This document shows positions 24,968 through 37,315 of a stretch of DNA of 64,000 nucleotides, one piece after another (position 1 is the stretch's first letter; the number at the start of each line of letters is the position of its first letter). Location of the stretch: contig NC_086097.1 in the NCBI RefSeq assembly GCF_963921235.1, positions 38,566,001 through 38,630,000 of the forward strand. The letters run 5' to 3'. The stretch comes from Mobula hypostoma. Its lineage: Eukaryota. The notes below the pieces were generated by a model. It made no database searches. It saw only the letters and a program-made list of their open reading frames with translations, and had not been told where the DNA came from. The position numbers were made by a program, and so were the translations under genes.

Positions 24968-25678
24968 TCGTAATTTTTAACTATCTCTGTTTGATCGGAG
25001 GTTGTGAATCTGTCGGGTTTAATTTTTGTTTGCTTTATATGGGCAGGAAAGTTTATTTTTGATTAATTAATATGGTTGCCAAAATTTCTTTCTAACTGTG
25101 TCATTCCTTTCTTTTTCCTTGGGGATAATGGGTGGTTATTCCCTTAGTATCATTTTGCGTATTTCCTTTGAGGCCTTAAATTTCGTAGTCTTTAAATGTA
25201 CTTTTTTTTGTAGGTTTTCCTAACTAGTTTATATTAATAATTTTGTTTCTTTTTTTTTGGTTAATCATTGGATCTGTGATCTGTTACGGTTTTCTTTATA
25301 TTTTCTGGCTTTTTCTCTGTTTTAAATTGTGCTTGTCTTAATTGATCTACCTTTTTTTGTTCTTCTACTGTTTTATAACTAGCTGATCTTTTTTATATTT
25401 ACACTTTTTTTAGTGAGCGTCTATCAGAAGTCATAGGGGGTAGTTTTAGTGCTTGCTTCTTTCTGGCGGGTCTGCTTTAGATTTAGCCTTGGGGTCATGG
25501 GCTGCGGGGTGGTGGGAGGGGCTTCACGTTTTAGTTTTTTTCTTCTTGGGCTACTTACATTACTGAAGTATTGGTTGCGTTCTCCTTCCCGTTATCTCTG
25601 GTTTGTTCTGCTCCCTTTCCGGGTTCGTGGGTCGAACCTATCGTCAATCCTTTTTTTTGCGGGTTGACTTTAGGGTTT

Positions 25679-28600
25679 ATGGAGTCTATTATTAATTTTG
25701 TCTCCTGGAATACTAATGGTCTTAATCATCCTATTAAAAGGAAAAAAGTTTTTAAAGTATTCCGGAGACTTAAAGCACATGTTCTATTTTTACAAGAGAC
25801 CCATGTGCGGAGGGGGGACAGACTACGTTTTTTTAAATTCTGGAAGAAACAACAGTTTCATTCGAACTCTAACGCTAAGATTCGAGGCGTCTCTATTTTT
25901 ATAGACTCCTCAGTTACTTTTGTACAACATGATATTATCTCTGATCCGAATGGTAGATTTCTACTGGTTAGTGGTCTACTATTTAATAAAAAGGTAGTTT
26001 TGGTCAATGTTTATGCACCCAATATGGACTGAACGGAATTTTATAAATCATTATTTAATCGGTTCCCAAATTTGAATGAGTTTTCTTTGATCTGGGGTGG
26101 AGATCTTAATACTTGCTTATCCCCAGTTTTGGACCGTTGGGCTCCTTTACGGACTTTACCCAATAAATCTGCAACTTTGATTAACTCATTCCTCTCTGAT
26201 TCTGGGTCGACGGACATCTGGCGTTTTTTGCATCCTCAGGAAAAAGATTTTTCTTTTTTTTCACATGTTCACCATTCCTATTCAAGAATTGATTATTTCT
26301 TTATTGATTCTCGGCTTATCTCTTCAGTGATTAAATGTGATTATGACTCTATTACCATTTCGGATCATGCTCCACTTAAGCTTTCTATTAAAATTAAGGT
26401 CAATGCACAAAATAATAGACAATGGCATTTTAATTCGTTGCTGCTTCAGGACTCGGATTGTGTTAACTTTATGAATGAACAGATTGATCTTTTTTTTTAC
26501 AATCAACTACACAGAGGATATTTCTGTGAACATTCTTTGGGATACTTTTAAAGCTTATATTCGTGGTCAGATTATCTCATATTCTGCTGCCTTGAGAAAG
26601 AAGCTGAAGCAGGAGGAGCTGGTCATTGTGCACAAGATTAAGGAAATTGATAAGAAATATGTTACAGCTCCCTCTGTGGAGTTGTATAAACAAAGAACTG
26701 AATTTCAAATGGAACATAGTTTATTACTTTTGTCTTCGATTGTAAACCAATTAAAGAAAACAAGAAGTGAATTTTATGTACACAGTGACAAAGTTGGCAA
26801 ATTGTTGGCTAATCAATTGAAGTCTAATTATACTAAATCTCAAATTAATCAGATTTATAATCAAAATGATCGATTGATATTTGATCATGCGGAGATTAAT
26901 CAAACCTTTTTTGATTTTTATTCTTCCTTATATCAATCTGAGTCTTTACGAGACTCTAAATATATGAATGACTTTTTAGATAACCTAGATTTCCCTGAGA
27001 TTTCACAGGATATGTCTTCTATGCTAGATACTCCCATTGCCACTGATGAGATTAAGAATGTTATTTCCTCTATGAACCTGGGGAAAGCTCCTGGCCCTGA
27101 TGGGTTTACTGTGGAATTTTATAGGTTTTTTGCACCTTTATTAATCCCTTGGTTCGGTAGGGTTTTGGAGGCTTCATTAAAACTTGGTAAACTTCCCGAA
27201 TCCTTTTACAGAGCGTCAATCTCTCTAATATTAAAGAAGGGTAAAGATCCTGCTCAATGTGCATCTTATAGACCAATATCTTTATTAAATGTTGACTCTA
27301 AAATCTTTTCTAAATTATTAGCAAACGGATTAGAAAAAGTTCTCCCTTTTATTATTTTGGAAGACCAAACGGTTTTATTAAATGTCGGTTCTCTTTCTAT
27401 AACATTCACACACTGTCAAATATTGTTTATACCCCCTCACAAAATGTTCCTGAGTGTGTTATCTCTTTAGATGCTGAAAAAGCTTTTGATAGAGTAGAAT
27501 GGCCTTACTTATTTAAGGTGCTTGAAATGTTTCATTTTAGCTCAAAATTTATATCTTGGATTAAACTGTTATATCATTCTCCTATGGCCTCGGTCCGTAC
27601 TAACTCTTTAAGCTCACCTTTTTTCCCTCTTTTTCGAGGTACTCGACAAGGCTGTCCTCTTAGTCCTTTATTATTTGATATTGCATTAGAACCTCTTGCA
27701 ATTGCCATTCGAGAATCTCCAAATATTACTGGGATAACTCGGGGCTTAAAGTCCCATAAAATATCACTCTATGCTGATGACTTACTTTTATATATTTCTA
27801 ATCCTCAAAAATCTATCCCTGCTGCTTTAGATTTATTAGCACAATTTAGTCTTTTTTCAGGTTATAAATTAAATCTTAGTAAGAGTGAACTTTTTCCGAT
27901 TAATAAACAACTTCCCTTGTATCATAACTTTCCGTTTAAATTGATTAATAATTATTTCTCATATCTTGGGATTAAAATTACTTATAAACACAAAGATTTA
28001 TTTAAGACTAATTTTTTACCCTTAATTGATTATATTACTCAACTTTCATCTAAATGGTTTCCATTATATTTAACTTTGATTGGTCGTATTAATGCAGTTA
28101 AGATGTTTATTCTGCCAAAATTTTTATATATATTTCAGGCATTACCGATTTTTGTTCCAAAATGTTTTTTTGATAAAGTTGACTCTAAAATTTCTTCATT
28201 TATTTGGCAAAATAAAAACCCGAGACTGGGTAAAATACATTTACAGAAAGCTAAGAGAGATGGAGGTTTAGCATTACCTAACTTTAGATTCTATTACTGG
28301 GCAATTAATATTCGACATATGAAATTTTGGTTACTTGACCAAGATACACTATCCATCCTTAAATGGGTAGTTTTGGAATTACAATCTGCTCAGGGCTATG
28401 CAGTTGGCTCTATTTTAGGTTCCTCTCTTCCTTTTGATTTGAAACGCCTCAAACGGGTTTCTAACCCGTTTGAGGCGTTAAATATACCTTACGTATTTGG
28501 TTTCAATTCAGAAAATTTTTCGATCTTAACCAATTTGGGCTAGCGATCCCTATTTTAGGTAACATATTTTTTCTTCCCTTTTTCACGGATCGTGTGTTTC

Positions 28601-29460
28601 AAATTTGGAAGACTAAGGGTATTTCACGGTTTTTGGATTTATTTTTAGATGGTTCCCTTATGTCTTTTGAACAATTATCTAATAAATATAATTTACCAAG
28701 AATACATTTTTTTAGATATCTTCAAGTTAGAAATTTCCTAAGTACTATACTTTCTTCCTTTCCAATGCTTCCTCCTACATATATTTTAGATAATATAATT
28801 AACCTTAATCCATGTCAGAAAGGTGCAACGACTATTATTTATAATATTATTATGAAACTTAGGAAAGCTCCATTTGATAAGATTAGGTCAGATTGGGAAC
28901 AAGAATTGGGTTCTATTATTTCCGTGGATGACTGGGGGCAGATTTTACAATTAGTCAATACTTCCTCTATCTGTGCTAAACATTCCCTAATTCAATTTAA
29001 AGTTGTTCATAGAGCACATATGTCCAAAGATAAATTAGCTTGTTTTTATTCTCATATTAATCCTTTTTGTGATAGATGTCCGGGGCAGATAGCTTCCTTA
29101 ACTCCTATGTTTTGGTCTTGTCCTACTCTGGAAACTTTTTGGAGAGACATTTTTAATATTATCTCAAAGGTATTGAATATAGATATCTCTCCTCATCCTA
29201 TTACTGCTATCTTTGGATTACCTAAAATTTCCAGTAATCTTTCCCCTTCAGCCCGTAGAATGATTGCATTTCTTACTTTAATGGCGAAAAGATGTATCTT
29301 ACAACATTGGAAAGAGCCTAATGCTCCAACTACTTTTTTTTGGTTCTCCCAGACGATATTATGCTTAAAGTTGGAGAAAATTAGAAGTAATCTTTATGAT
29401 TCCTCATTTAAATTTGAACAGACCTGGAGATCTTTTATTCAATATTTTCATTTAATGTAA
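25679..29460 (+). pseudogene. L1 ORF2p (APE endonuclease + RT + C-terminal Cys domain), disrupted
   Basis: SWNTNGL, LQETH, GGDLN, SRIDYF, SDHAP, KAPGPDGF, YRPISLLN, GTRQGCPLSP, LYADD and CDRC...FWSC motifs, with stops and frameshifts. Confidence 0.92.
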
Positions 29461-30342
29461 TTTTTTTTTTCTCTTTTGTTGCATATTTATATTCCCTTCT
29501 TGCTTTTTTTAACTGTTTTTAATGGAGGTCGGGTTTGAGGACGTGATTTTAAGTTTTTTAACTCCACCTGTTTCCAAGTTAGCCCATTGCTTTGCTTTGC
29601 TTTTAGTTTAGTTGCACAGTGGGTTTTTTTTGGGTTTTTTTTTTCCTTTTCTCTATTGATATATATATATATATATATAAAATTAGTATACTATTAATTT
29701 ATCTTATTATTTTATGTTTAAACTGCACTGTTTGTATCAATTTTTTTCTGTATTAATATCTCCTGTAATTTCTAACAGTGTATTAGTGCTTATATGGTTT
29801 ACCTTTTGTATACTTATTTAATAAAAAGATTTAAAAAGAAAGAAAAGAGATTTGGAAGTGGGAGGGGGAGGGGGAGATCCAAAATGATAGGAGAAGACAG
29901 GAGGGGGAGGGATGGAGCCAAGAGCTGGACAGGTGATTGGCAAAGGGGATATGAGAGGATCATGGGACAGGAGGCCTAGGGAGAAAGACAAAGGGGGGGG
30001 GACCCAGAGGATGGGCATGAACATCGACTTCTCTAACTTCCGCTAATGCCCCACCTCCCCCTCGTACACCATCTGTTATTTATTTTTATACATACATTCT
30101 TTCTCTCACTCTCCTTTTTCTCCCTCTGTCCCTCTGACTATACCCCTTGCTCATCCTCTGGGGCCCCCCCCCCCTTTGTCTTTCTCCCTGGGCCTCCTGT
30201 CCCATGATCCTCTCGTATCCTCTTTTGCCTATCACCTGTCCAGCTCTTGGCTCCATCCCTCCCCCTCCTGTCTTCTCCTATCATTTCGGATCTCCCCCTC
30301 CCCCTTCAACTTTCAAATCCCTTACTCACTCTTCCTTCAGTT

Positions 30343-30378
30343 AGTCCTGATGAAGGGTCTCAGCCTGAAATGTTGACT
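30343..30378 (+). ncRNA. Minimal hammerhead ribozyme motif (variant)
   Basis: AGTC-CTGATGA-AGGGTCTCAGCCT-GAAAT-GTT-GACT. Core intact, with CpG-decay substitutions in helix III and the triplet. Confidence 0.6.
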
Positions 30379-30467
30379 GTACCTCTTCCTAGAGATGCTG
30401 CCTGGCCTGCTGCATTCACCAGCAACGTTGATGTGTGTTGCATAAACAATTTTGAATCTTGAAGTAC

Positions 30468-31225
30468 TAAATACAAGAGAATCAGCAGATACTATACATG
30501 TCGAGCAACACCCACAAAATGCTGCAGGAATTCAGCAAGTCAGGCAGCTTTTATGGAGAGGTATAAACAGTTGACATATTGGGCCAAGACCTTTCATCAG
30601 GACTGGAAAGGAAGAGAACAGAAGCCAGCATCGGGAGGGGTTAGGTGGGGAAGGATGGAGTACAAGTTGGCAGGTGATAGTTGAGATCAGGGGAAGGTTG
30701 GTGGGTAGGAGAAGGGGATGAAGTAAGAAGCTGGGAAGTGATAGGTGGAAGAGGTAAAGGGCTGAAGAAGTTATATGATATGAGAGGATAGTGGACCATG
30801 GAAAAAAGGGTAGAAGGAGGGGTACCAGGGGGAGGTGATCGGCAGGAGAGGGAGGAGGGGTGAAAGGGTATCTGGGGCTTTTTCTCCTGCATCTCTTCCT
30901 CTGACTCTGCCTCCTTTTCTCTCCAGGTTCCTTCCTGTAGAACATATTGACACTTATGTTTTGCTAGTGTTGCACACAATATTTGCTAGGAGGGCAGGTG
31001 AGGAGAAGGGTGATAGGGAAACAAGGAAGGGGAATGGCAAAAGAGAGGCGGGGGAGAAATTACAAAAAGTTAGAGATATCAATGTTCATGTCATCAGGCT
31101 GGAGGCTACCCAGACAGAAATGAGGTGTTGCTCCTCCAACCTGAGTGTGGCCTCATCAGACCAACATGTCGAAATGTGAATGGAATGTTGAATGGGAATA
31201 GATGCCATCGGGCAATTCTGCCTTT
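30468..31225 (-). mobile_element. Older Penelope-like fragments with an internal inverted piece
   Basis: Terminal repeat with decayed hammerhead (30570-30604), purine-rich UTR, and GIY-YIG C-terminal remnant at about 31060-31160. Segment 30870-30980 appears to be in the opposite orientation. Confidence 0.65.
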
Positions 31226-32778
31226 TGTGGTGGAAATGGGGAAGTAAGTTACTTTCTTAAAATTATATTGCTTTCGTTTAATGTTTTTAAAGTTGTTTTT
31301 GTTTTATTTGTCATTCACTTTATTTTCCCAAATGTAATAGAATATCCCACTTTACTGAGTTTTTAAATTCTGCATGAAATAAATATTTTTAAAATTGTTG
31401 GCCAATGACAGTTTTGAAGACTGAAGCTCCAGTCTGAGCTTTGCTTGAATCAGGGAATTTCAGCTACTCCATGTTCAGGGCCTGCACGCTTAACCACCTG
31501 AAGCTCAGCTATCTCCAGGCCTCATCACTGAATTCTGGACTACTGAGGATAGTGAATGAGGCCCTCCATATCCAGGACAGGAAACTTGGGCGTATGGGAA
31601 TCAGGGACAATATTTGTTTATTTAGATGTATAGCACGGAATTGGCCCTTCCAGTCCTTTGAGCTGCGCCACCCCAACAACCTCGATTTAACACTCTTAAT
31701 CACAGGACAATTTACAAAGACCAGTTAAACTACCCGGTATGTCTTTGGACTGCGGAAGGAAATCGGAGCACCTGGGGAAAACCGACATATCCCATGAGGA
31801 GGACATACCTCCTTACAGATGGCAATGGGTCCATGCCAGTTTAACTTACGCAATAAATTGACAAACCCTGTATAGGTTTCAATTTTGTGTTTCGGTAAGG
31901 CTACATTTTTTGTAAAAATTTAATGGAATCAGCATGAAACATTGAGGCTATTTAAGTAAAGCCTAAAATTTGCATGAATTTCTCAAATGCTATTCTTCAG
32001 GTGCAAATATTTAGGAAATTACAAGCAAAGAAAATCCTATAAAGTTTCCAATAGCCGTCATTAATTTTCTTTTTTGCTTTATTTCTATTGCCAAGATTCA
32101 TCAATATAGATACTCAGTTAAGTACCAGTTAGGGATATTTCAACAACAGAAGAGAAAAACAATCCCTCAAATGCATTATTGCAATTAGCATGTGCAATTT
32201 TTCATGCTTCAGACACATCGATTTACTCATTAGCACAGATGCAAAATTTAAATATGAACAACAAATCAAACCAGCTTACACCTACTGACACTTCAGCTCT
32301 TAAAAGAGAAGTAACGATTGATCTGGAAGTTATTGTGCACCCTGGGGAGCACTGACATCAACAGAGGTAGTACAGAGACAGAGACACTGCTTTGAAATTA
32401 CTGACCACAAAATCCTAGTGGAAGAAATGAACAGGAGGTCTTGCTCACATGGGTGGTCAGCAGGCCAATAAGGACAAAAAAAAAATCATTTTATTATAAA
32501 GTGGTCAAACAATTTGATGTTCACAGTGATTCACCAAAAGACTGGTTTCAGTGTTGGGGAAAAAATTAACCATCTCACATCTCTGGTCAAGAATAGTGGA
32601 AAGACTACTATATTCCATCTGCCAACTGCAGCAGCTGTTTTGAGAAGCTCATGTCATGCCTACAAGCTGTCAGCAGAGGAGAGAGTGCTGGTAATTATGG
32701 CGACAGCTGTTACAGAATCAATTATTGAACGATGAGAAAAAAAAAGTGCAGTACTGTCAGAGATGCAGTACATTTATA

Positions 32779-34560
32779 CAGTGCCTATAAAAATATTCAG
32801 TCCCTTGGAAGTTTTCATGTTTTATTGTTTTACTACCTTAAATCCCAGTGGATTTAATTTGCCTTTTTTGACAAATTAAATGTCAAAATGATCAACAGAA
32901 AAAGGCTTCCATGTCAAAGTGAAAGCAGATCTCTACAAAGTGATCTCAATTAATTAAAAATATAAAACACACAATAATTGATTGCATAAGTATTCACCCC
33001 CTTTAATATGACACATCAAGTCGTCGCGGGTGCAGCCAATTGATTGTTGTTAAAATACACCTGTATCTGAAAGGTCCAACTGCTAGTGAGTCAGTATCCT
33101 GGCAAAAACTACACCATGAAGACAAAAGAACACTCCAATCAACTTCGTGAAAAGGTTATTGAAAAGCACAAGTCAGGAGATGGATACAAGAAAATTTCCA
33201 AGTCACTGAATATCCCTTGGAGTACAGTTAAGTCAATCATTGAGAAATGGAAAGAATATGGCACGGCTGTAAATCTGCTTAGAGCAGGCCACCTTCAAAA
33301 ACTGAGTGACCTGTAAGAAGGGGACTAGTGAGGGAGGCCACCAAGAGACCTATGACAACTCCAGAGGAGATACAAGCTCAGTGGCTGAGATGGGAAAGGC
33401 TGCACATAAAGCAACTGTTGCCCGGCTGCTTCACTAATCTCAGCTTTATGGGAGAGTGGCAAAGAGGAAACCACTGTTGAAAAAAACACACATGAAATCT
33501 CAGCTAGAGTTTGCCAGAAGGCATGTGGGAGTCTCTGAAGTCAGCTGGAAGAAGGTTCTATGCTCTGATGAAACCAAAATATAGCTTTTTGGCCATCAGA
33601 CTAAACACTATCTTAGGGGAAGGGGAACGTCGACTCAGACCACGAGAGGCCTGCGTCCGGCATTTTCATGCCTTACAAGGCGCAGATTGGAAGTCTATGT
33701 GGGGCGCCACTCCTCGCACAGACTAAAGCAATGTGTGATTAAGTGCCTTGCTCAAGGGCACAAACACACTGCCACAGCTGAGGCTCAAACTAGCGACCTT
33801 GAGATAACTAGACGAATGCCTTAACCACTTGGCCACGTGCCCAACACTATCTTAGGTGTAAGCCAAATACTGCACATCATTACAAACACACCATCCCTAC
33901 CATGAAGCATGGTGGTGGCTACACCATGGTGTGGGCATGTTTCATTGCAACAGGCCCTGGAAGATTTGTGAAAGCAGAGGGTAAAATGAATGCAGCAAAA
34001 TACAGGGAAATCCTGAAAGAAAACCTGACGCAGTCTGCAAGATAATGGCGACTTGGGAGGTTTGCTTTCCAGCAAGACAATGACCCCAAGCGTAAAGCAA
34101 AAGCTACACAGGAATGGTTTAAACCCAACAAGGTTAATATCTTGGAGTGGCCAAGTCAGAGTCTAGACCTCAATCCAATTGAGAATTTGTAGCTGGAGTA
34201 GAAAAGGGCTGTTCACTCACGATTCCTATGCAATCTAACAGAGCTTGAGCAGTTTTTTTAAAGAAGAATGGGGGAATATTTCAGTGTCCAGATGTGCAAA
34301 GTTGATAGAAACCTATCCACATAGACTCAAGGCTGTAACTGCTGCCAAAAGTGTATCTACTAAATACTGACACGGTAAATATGCGATTAGTTATTTTGTA
34401 TTTAATAATGGGAATATATTTAGACCAATTTGTAGAAATTTGGTTTCACTTTGACACGAAAGAGTCTTTTCTGTTGATCAGTGTCAAAAAAGCCAAATTA
34501 AATCCATTGTGATTCAATGTTGTAAAATGCTAACACATGAAAATCTCTGGGGGGTGGGGT
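32779..34560 (+). mobile_element. Tc1-family DNA transposon, decayed; right TIR damaged
   Basis: TA|CAGTGCCTATAAAA left end. MKTKEHSNQLREKVIEKHKSGDGYKKISKSLNIPWSTVKSII paired HTH, plus FQQDNDPK and [14 protein letters not shown] motifs. Confidence 0.88.
33618..33842 (-). mobile_element. tRNA-derived SINE inside Tc1
   Basis: 14-bp TSD AACACTATCTTAGG (33604-33617, 33843-33856) and A box TGGCCAAGTGG. Confidence 0.85.
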
Positions 34561-35491
34561 GGGTGTATATATATACACACACACGTATAAATCTGTGCCT
34601 AACACTTTTGCACAGTACCGCCTTCTTTTTCATTACATTCTGCTTAACCCTCTTCTCCCACAAACTTTACTTCCCTGTCTTACCTGGTTCTGCATGTCAC
34701 CTAAGTGAAGATCCTGATTATGTATCCTTATATTATACCATAATGGAAAAAAAAATAGGAGCAGGAGCTGACCACCCACTCCCTTGTACTTACTCCAACA
34801 TCTAATATATTTCTTTATTTTTTAAAGAATATCTAGCTTTTCTTTAAATACATCCAATGATTGAGCCTCCAGGGGACAATAGGCTTCAGAATCCCTATCA
34901 ACTTTTAGGATATAAGGGAATCACAATGTGGGGCTTAAAGTTTAAGAAAGGCAAACTTTGAAGGACTGATAAATAAATTGGGATGTAATATTAAGCAAAA
35001 AGACCTACATTGCAATAATTCAAAATAAAAGTTACCTTGTACAATCAAAAGCAAGAGGAATGGTCCAAAAGACACTTTTAGGAATAGGTCACTTGTGACA
35101 TTCAGCAAACATTGTTAATAAATGGCACAGGTAAAAGTATCATGTTTTACAAAAATCTTGCACAAATACAGGGTAATTGGAGTAGGACAGCTACCGAAAA
35201 TGTTTAAAAAAGTAAAAGTTCCAATATAAAAATAAAACACTCAATGTTCCAAGCAAATAACTGTCTCGATTTCTATTTGAGGGTTACCATTACAATTTGC
35301 ATTAACAATCACCAATTATCTGTGCCACTTACATTTCCTGGAAAGAAGTCCTATTGTCATCTTCCCTCCAAAAATGATTTAGGTTCTGAACTTAAACAAC
35401 AGGAATTCTGCAGATGCTGGAAATTCAAGCAACATACATCAAAGTTGCTGGTGAACGCAGCAGGCCAAGCAGCATCTATAGGAAGAGGCGC

Positions 35492-35527
35492 AGTCGACGT
35501 TTCAGGCCGAGACCCTTCGTCAGGACT
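35492..35527 (-). ncRNA. Minimal type I hammerhead ribozyme motif
   Basis: Reverse complement reads AGTCCTGACGAAGGGTCTCGGCCTGAAACGTCGACT. Confidence 0.8.
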
Positions 35528-36568
35528 AACTGAAGGAAGAGTGAGTAAGGGATTTGAAAGCTGGAGGGGGAGGGGGAGATGCAAAATGATAGGAGAAGAC
35601 AGGAGGGGGAGGGATAGAGCCGAGAGCTGGACAGGTGATAGGCAAAAGGGGATACGAGAGGATCATGGGACAGGAGGCCTAGGGAAAAAGACGGGGGGGG
35701 GTGACCCAGAGGATGGGCAAGAGGTATATTTAGAGGGACAGAGGGAGAAAAAGGAGAGTGAGAGAAAGAATGTGTGCATAAAAATGAGTAACAGCTGGGG
35801 TACGAGGGGGAGGTGAGGCCTAGCGGAAGTTAGAGAAGTCAATGTTCATGCCATCAGGTTGGAGGCTACCCAGACGGAATATAAGGTGTTGTTCCTCCAA
35901 CCTGAGTGTGGCTTCATCTTTACAGTAGAGGAGGCCGTGGATAGACATGTCAGAATGGGAATGGGATGTGGAATTAAAATGTGTGGCCACAGGGAGATCC
36001 TGCTTTCTCTGGCGGACAGAGCGTAGATGTTCAGCAAAGCGGTCTCAGCAAAGCGCTTTGCTGAACATCTACGCTCTGTCCGCCAGAGAAAGCAGGATCT
36101 CCCAGTGGCCACACATTTTAATTCCACATCCCATTCCCATTCTGACATGTCTATCCACGGCCTCCTCTACTGTAAAGATGAAGCCACACTCAGGTTGGAG
36201 GAACAACACCTTATATTCCGTCTGGGTAGCCTCCAACCTGATGGCATGAACATTGACTTCTCTAACTTCCGCTAGGCCCCACCTCCCCCTCGTACCCCAG
36301 CTGTTACTCATTTTTATGCACACATTCTTTCTCTCACTCTGCTTTTTCTCCCTCTGTCCCTCTAAATATACCTCTTGCCCATCCTCTGGGTCACCCCCCC
36401 CCCGTCTTTCTCCCTAGGCCTCCTGTCCCATGATCCTCTCGTATCCCCTTTTGCCTATCACCTGTCCAGCTCTCGGCTCTATCCCTCCCCCTCCTGTCTT
36501 CTCCTATCATTTTGCATCTCCCCCTCCCCCTCCAGCTTTCAAATCCCTTACTCACTCTTCCTTCAGTT

Positions 36569-36604
36569 AGTCCTGACGAAGGGTCTCGGCCTGAAACGTC
36601 GACT
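36569..36604 (+). ncRNA. Minimal type I hammerhead ribozyme motif
   Basis: AGTC-CTGACGA-AGGGTCTCGGCCT-GAAAC-GTC^GACT. Predicted cleavage after 36600. Confidence 0.8.
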
Positions 36605-36975
36605 GCGCCTCTTCCTATAGATGCTGCTTGGCCTGCTGCGTTCACCAGCAACTTTGATGTATGTTGCTAGGTTCTGAACTTTCCTGTTCTATTTCTTGGA
36701 CCTGTCTGAATCCTAACAAAGCACTGAAGATTTATGGAATTCATTAATTTAGAATAACATTGATTATAATGTTAATTGATTGCTCACTTGTGGTAAATTG
36801 ACTGTTCCGTTGACATGCTAGGGGTCAGAGAGAACAACATGTTAGGAAGGACTAATTTTTAAGGGGTATATAAAAACAGGAGGAGTAAATCTAATTTTAA
36901 AGCTGCATATTCTTTTTACATTGGATAAAATAACTGAATATTTTGAAAATACTGAACACAGAATTCTATACTCAC

Positions 36976-37033
36976 TTCATCTAATCGATGCTTGTTTTCT
37001 TCTATTCGACGTTCAAATATATTTTCTAAAACC
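36976..37033 (-). CDS. SPATA7: SPATA7 internal exon (VLENIFERRIEENKHRLDE)
   Basis: TTTATTTAG acceptor, GTGAGT donor, 58 bp, phase 2 to 0. Resembles the recalled SPATA7 FLERLFERHIKQNKHLEE. Confidence 0.92.
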
Positions 37034-37125
37034 CTAAATAAAGATGAAGTTTTTTTTAACCCATTAGTAATATGTTCTCATTACAAAGAGTCACTTTGGT
37101 AAGTCAATGTGATAATTCTTTACAA

Positions 37126-37315
37126 CACAGACAAGAGAAAATCTGCAGATGCTGGAGATCCAAGCAAAACACACAAAGTGCTGGAGGAACTCGGCAGACC
37201 GGGCAGCATCTATTGAAAAGAATAAACAGTTGACATATCGGGCCGACACTCTCATTAGGACTGGAGAAAAAGGATGAGAAGTTAGAGTAAAAAAGGTGGG
37301 AGGAGGAGGACAAAG
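37126..37315 (-). mobile_element. Degenerate Penelope-like terminal repeat
   Basis: ACAAGAGAAAATCTGCAGATGCTGG...GCTGGAGGAACTC...GTTGACATATCGGGCCGACACTCTCATTAGGACT (decayed hammerhead). Confidence 0.65.

Larger units (their letters stand above)
23950..29844 (+). mobile_element. Full-length but disrupted L1-clade LINE
   Basis: TSD AAGAGATTTGG (23939-23949, 29845-29855). 5' GGGACTTCCGG start, ORF1, inter-ORF region, ORF2, AATAAA at 29820 and A/GAAA tail. Confidence 0.92.
23781..30441. mobile_element. Penelope-like fold-back element (arms 23781-23949 + 29856-30017, and 30014-30441) interrupted by an L1
   Basis: 15-bp TSD ATAAACAATTTTGAA (23766-23780, 30442-30456). Inverted arms. The right arm starts at the GIY-YIG C-terminal GMNIDFSNFR* codons. 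Hammerhead motifs at 23884-23919 (-) and 30343-30378 (+). Confidence 0.85.
35394..36667. mobile_element. Penelope-like fold-back palindrome (GIY-YIG C-terminus + terminal repeat on both arms)
   Basis: 14-bp TSD TAGGTTCTGAACTT (35380-35393, 36668-36681). Arms 35429-36041 and 36054-36667 differ at only a handful of positions. Encodes RFAEHLRSVR...PVATHFN...RLEEQHLIFRLGSLQPDGMNIDF. Confidence 0.92.

Noticed and set aside
32280..32415. Exon-like segment with good minus-strand acceptor and GTAAGC donor
   Set aside because: Stops in all three frames, and SPATA7 splices in frame without it.
35394..36667. Palindromes as assembly fold-back artefacts
   Set aside because: They have 14-15-bp TSDs, arm mismatches and a reproducible asymmetric tail, which artefacts would not produce. 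Read confirmation is still advisable.
35394..36667. Integrated viroid-like or ambisense circular RNA agent
   Set aside because: Opposite-strand ribozymes are simply the two arms of an inverted duplication, and the coding remnant is a Penelope GIY-YIG C-terminus.
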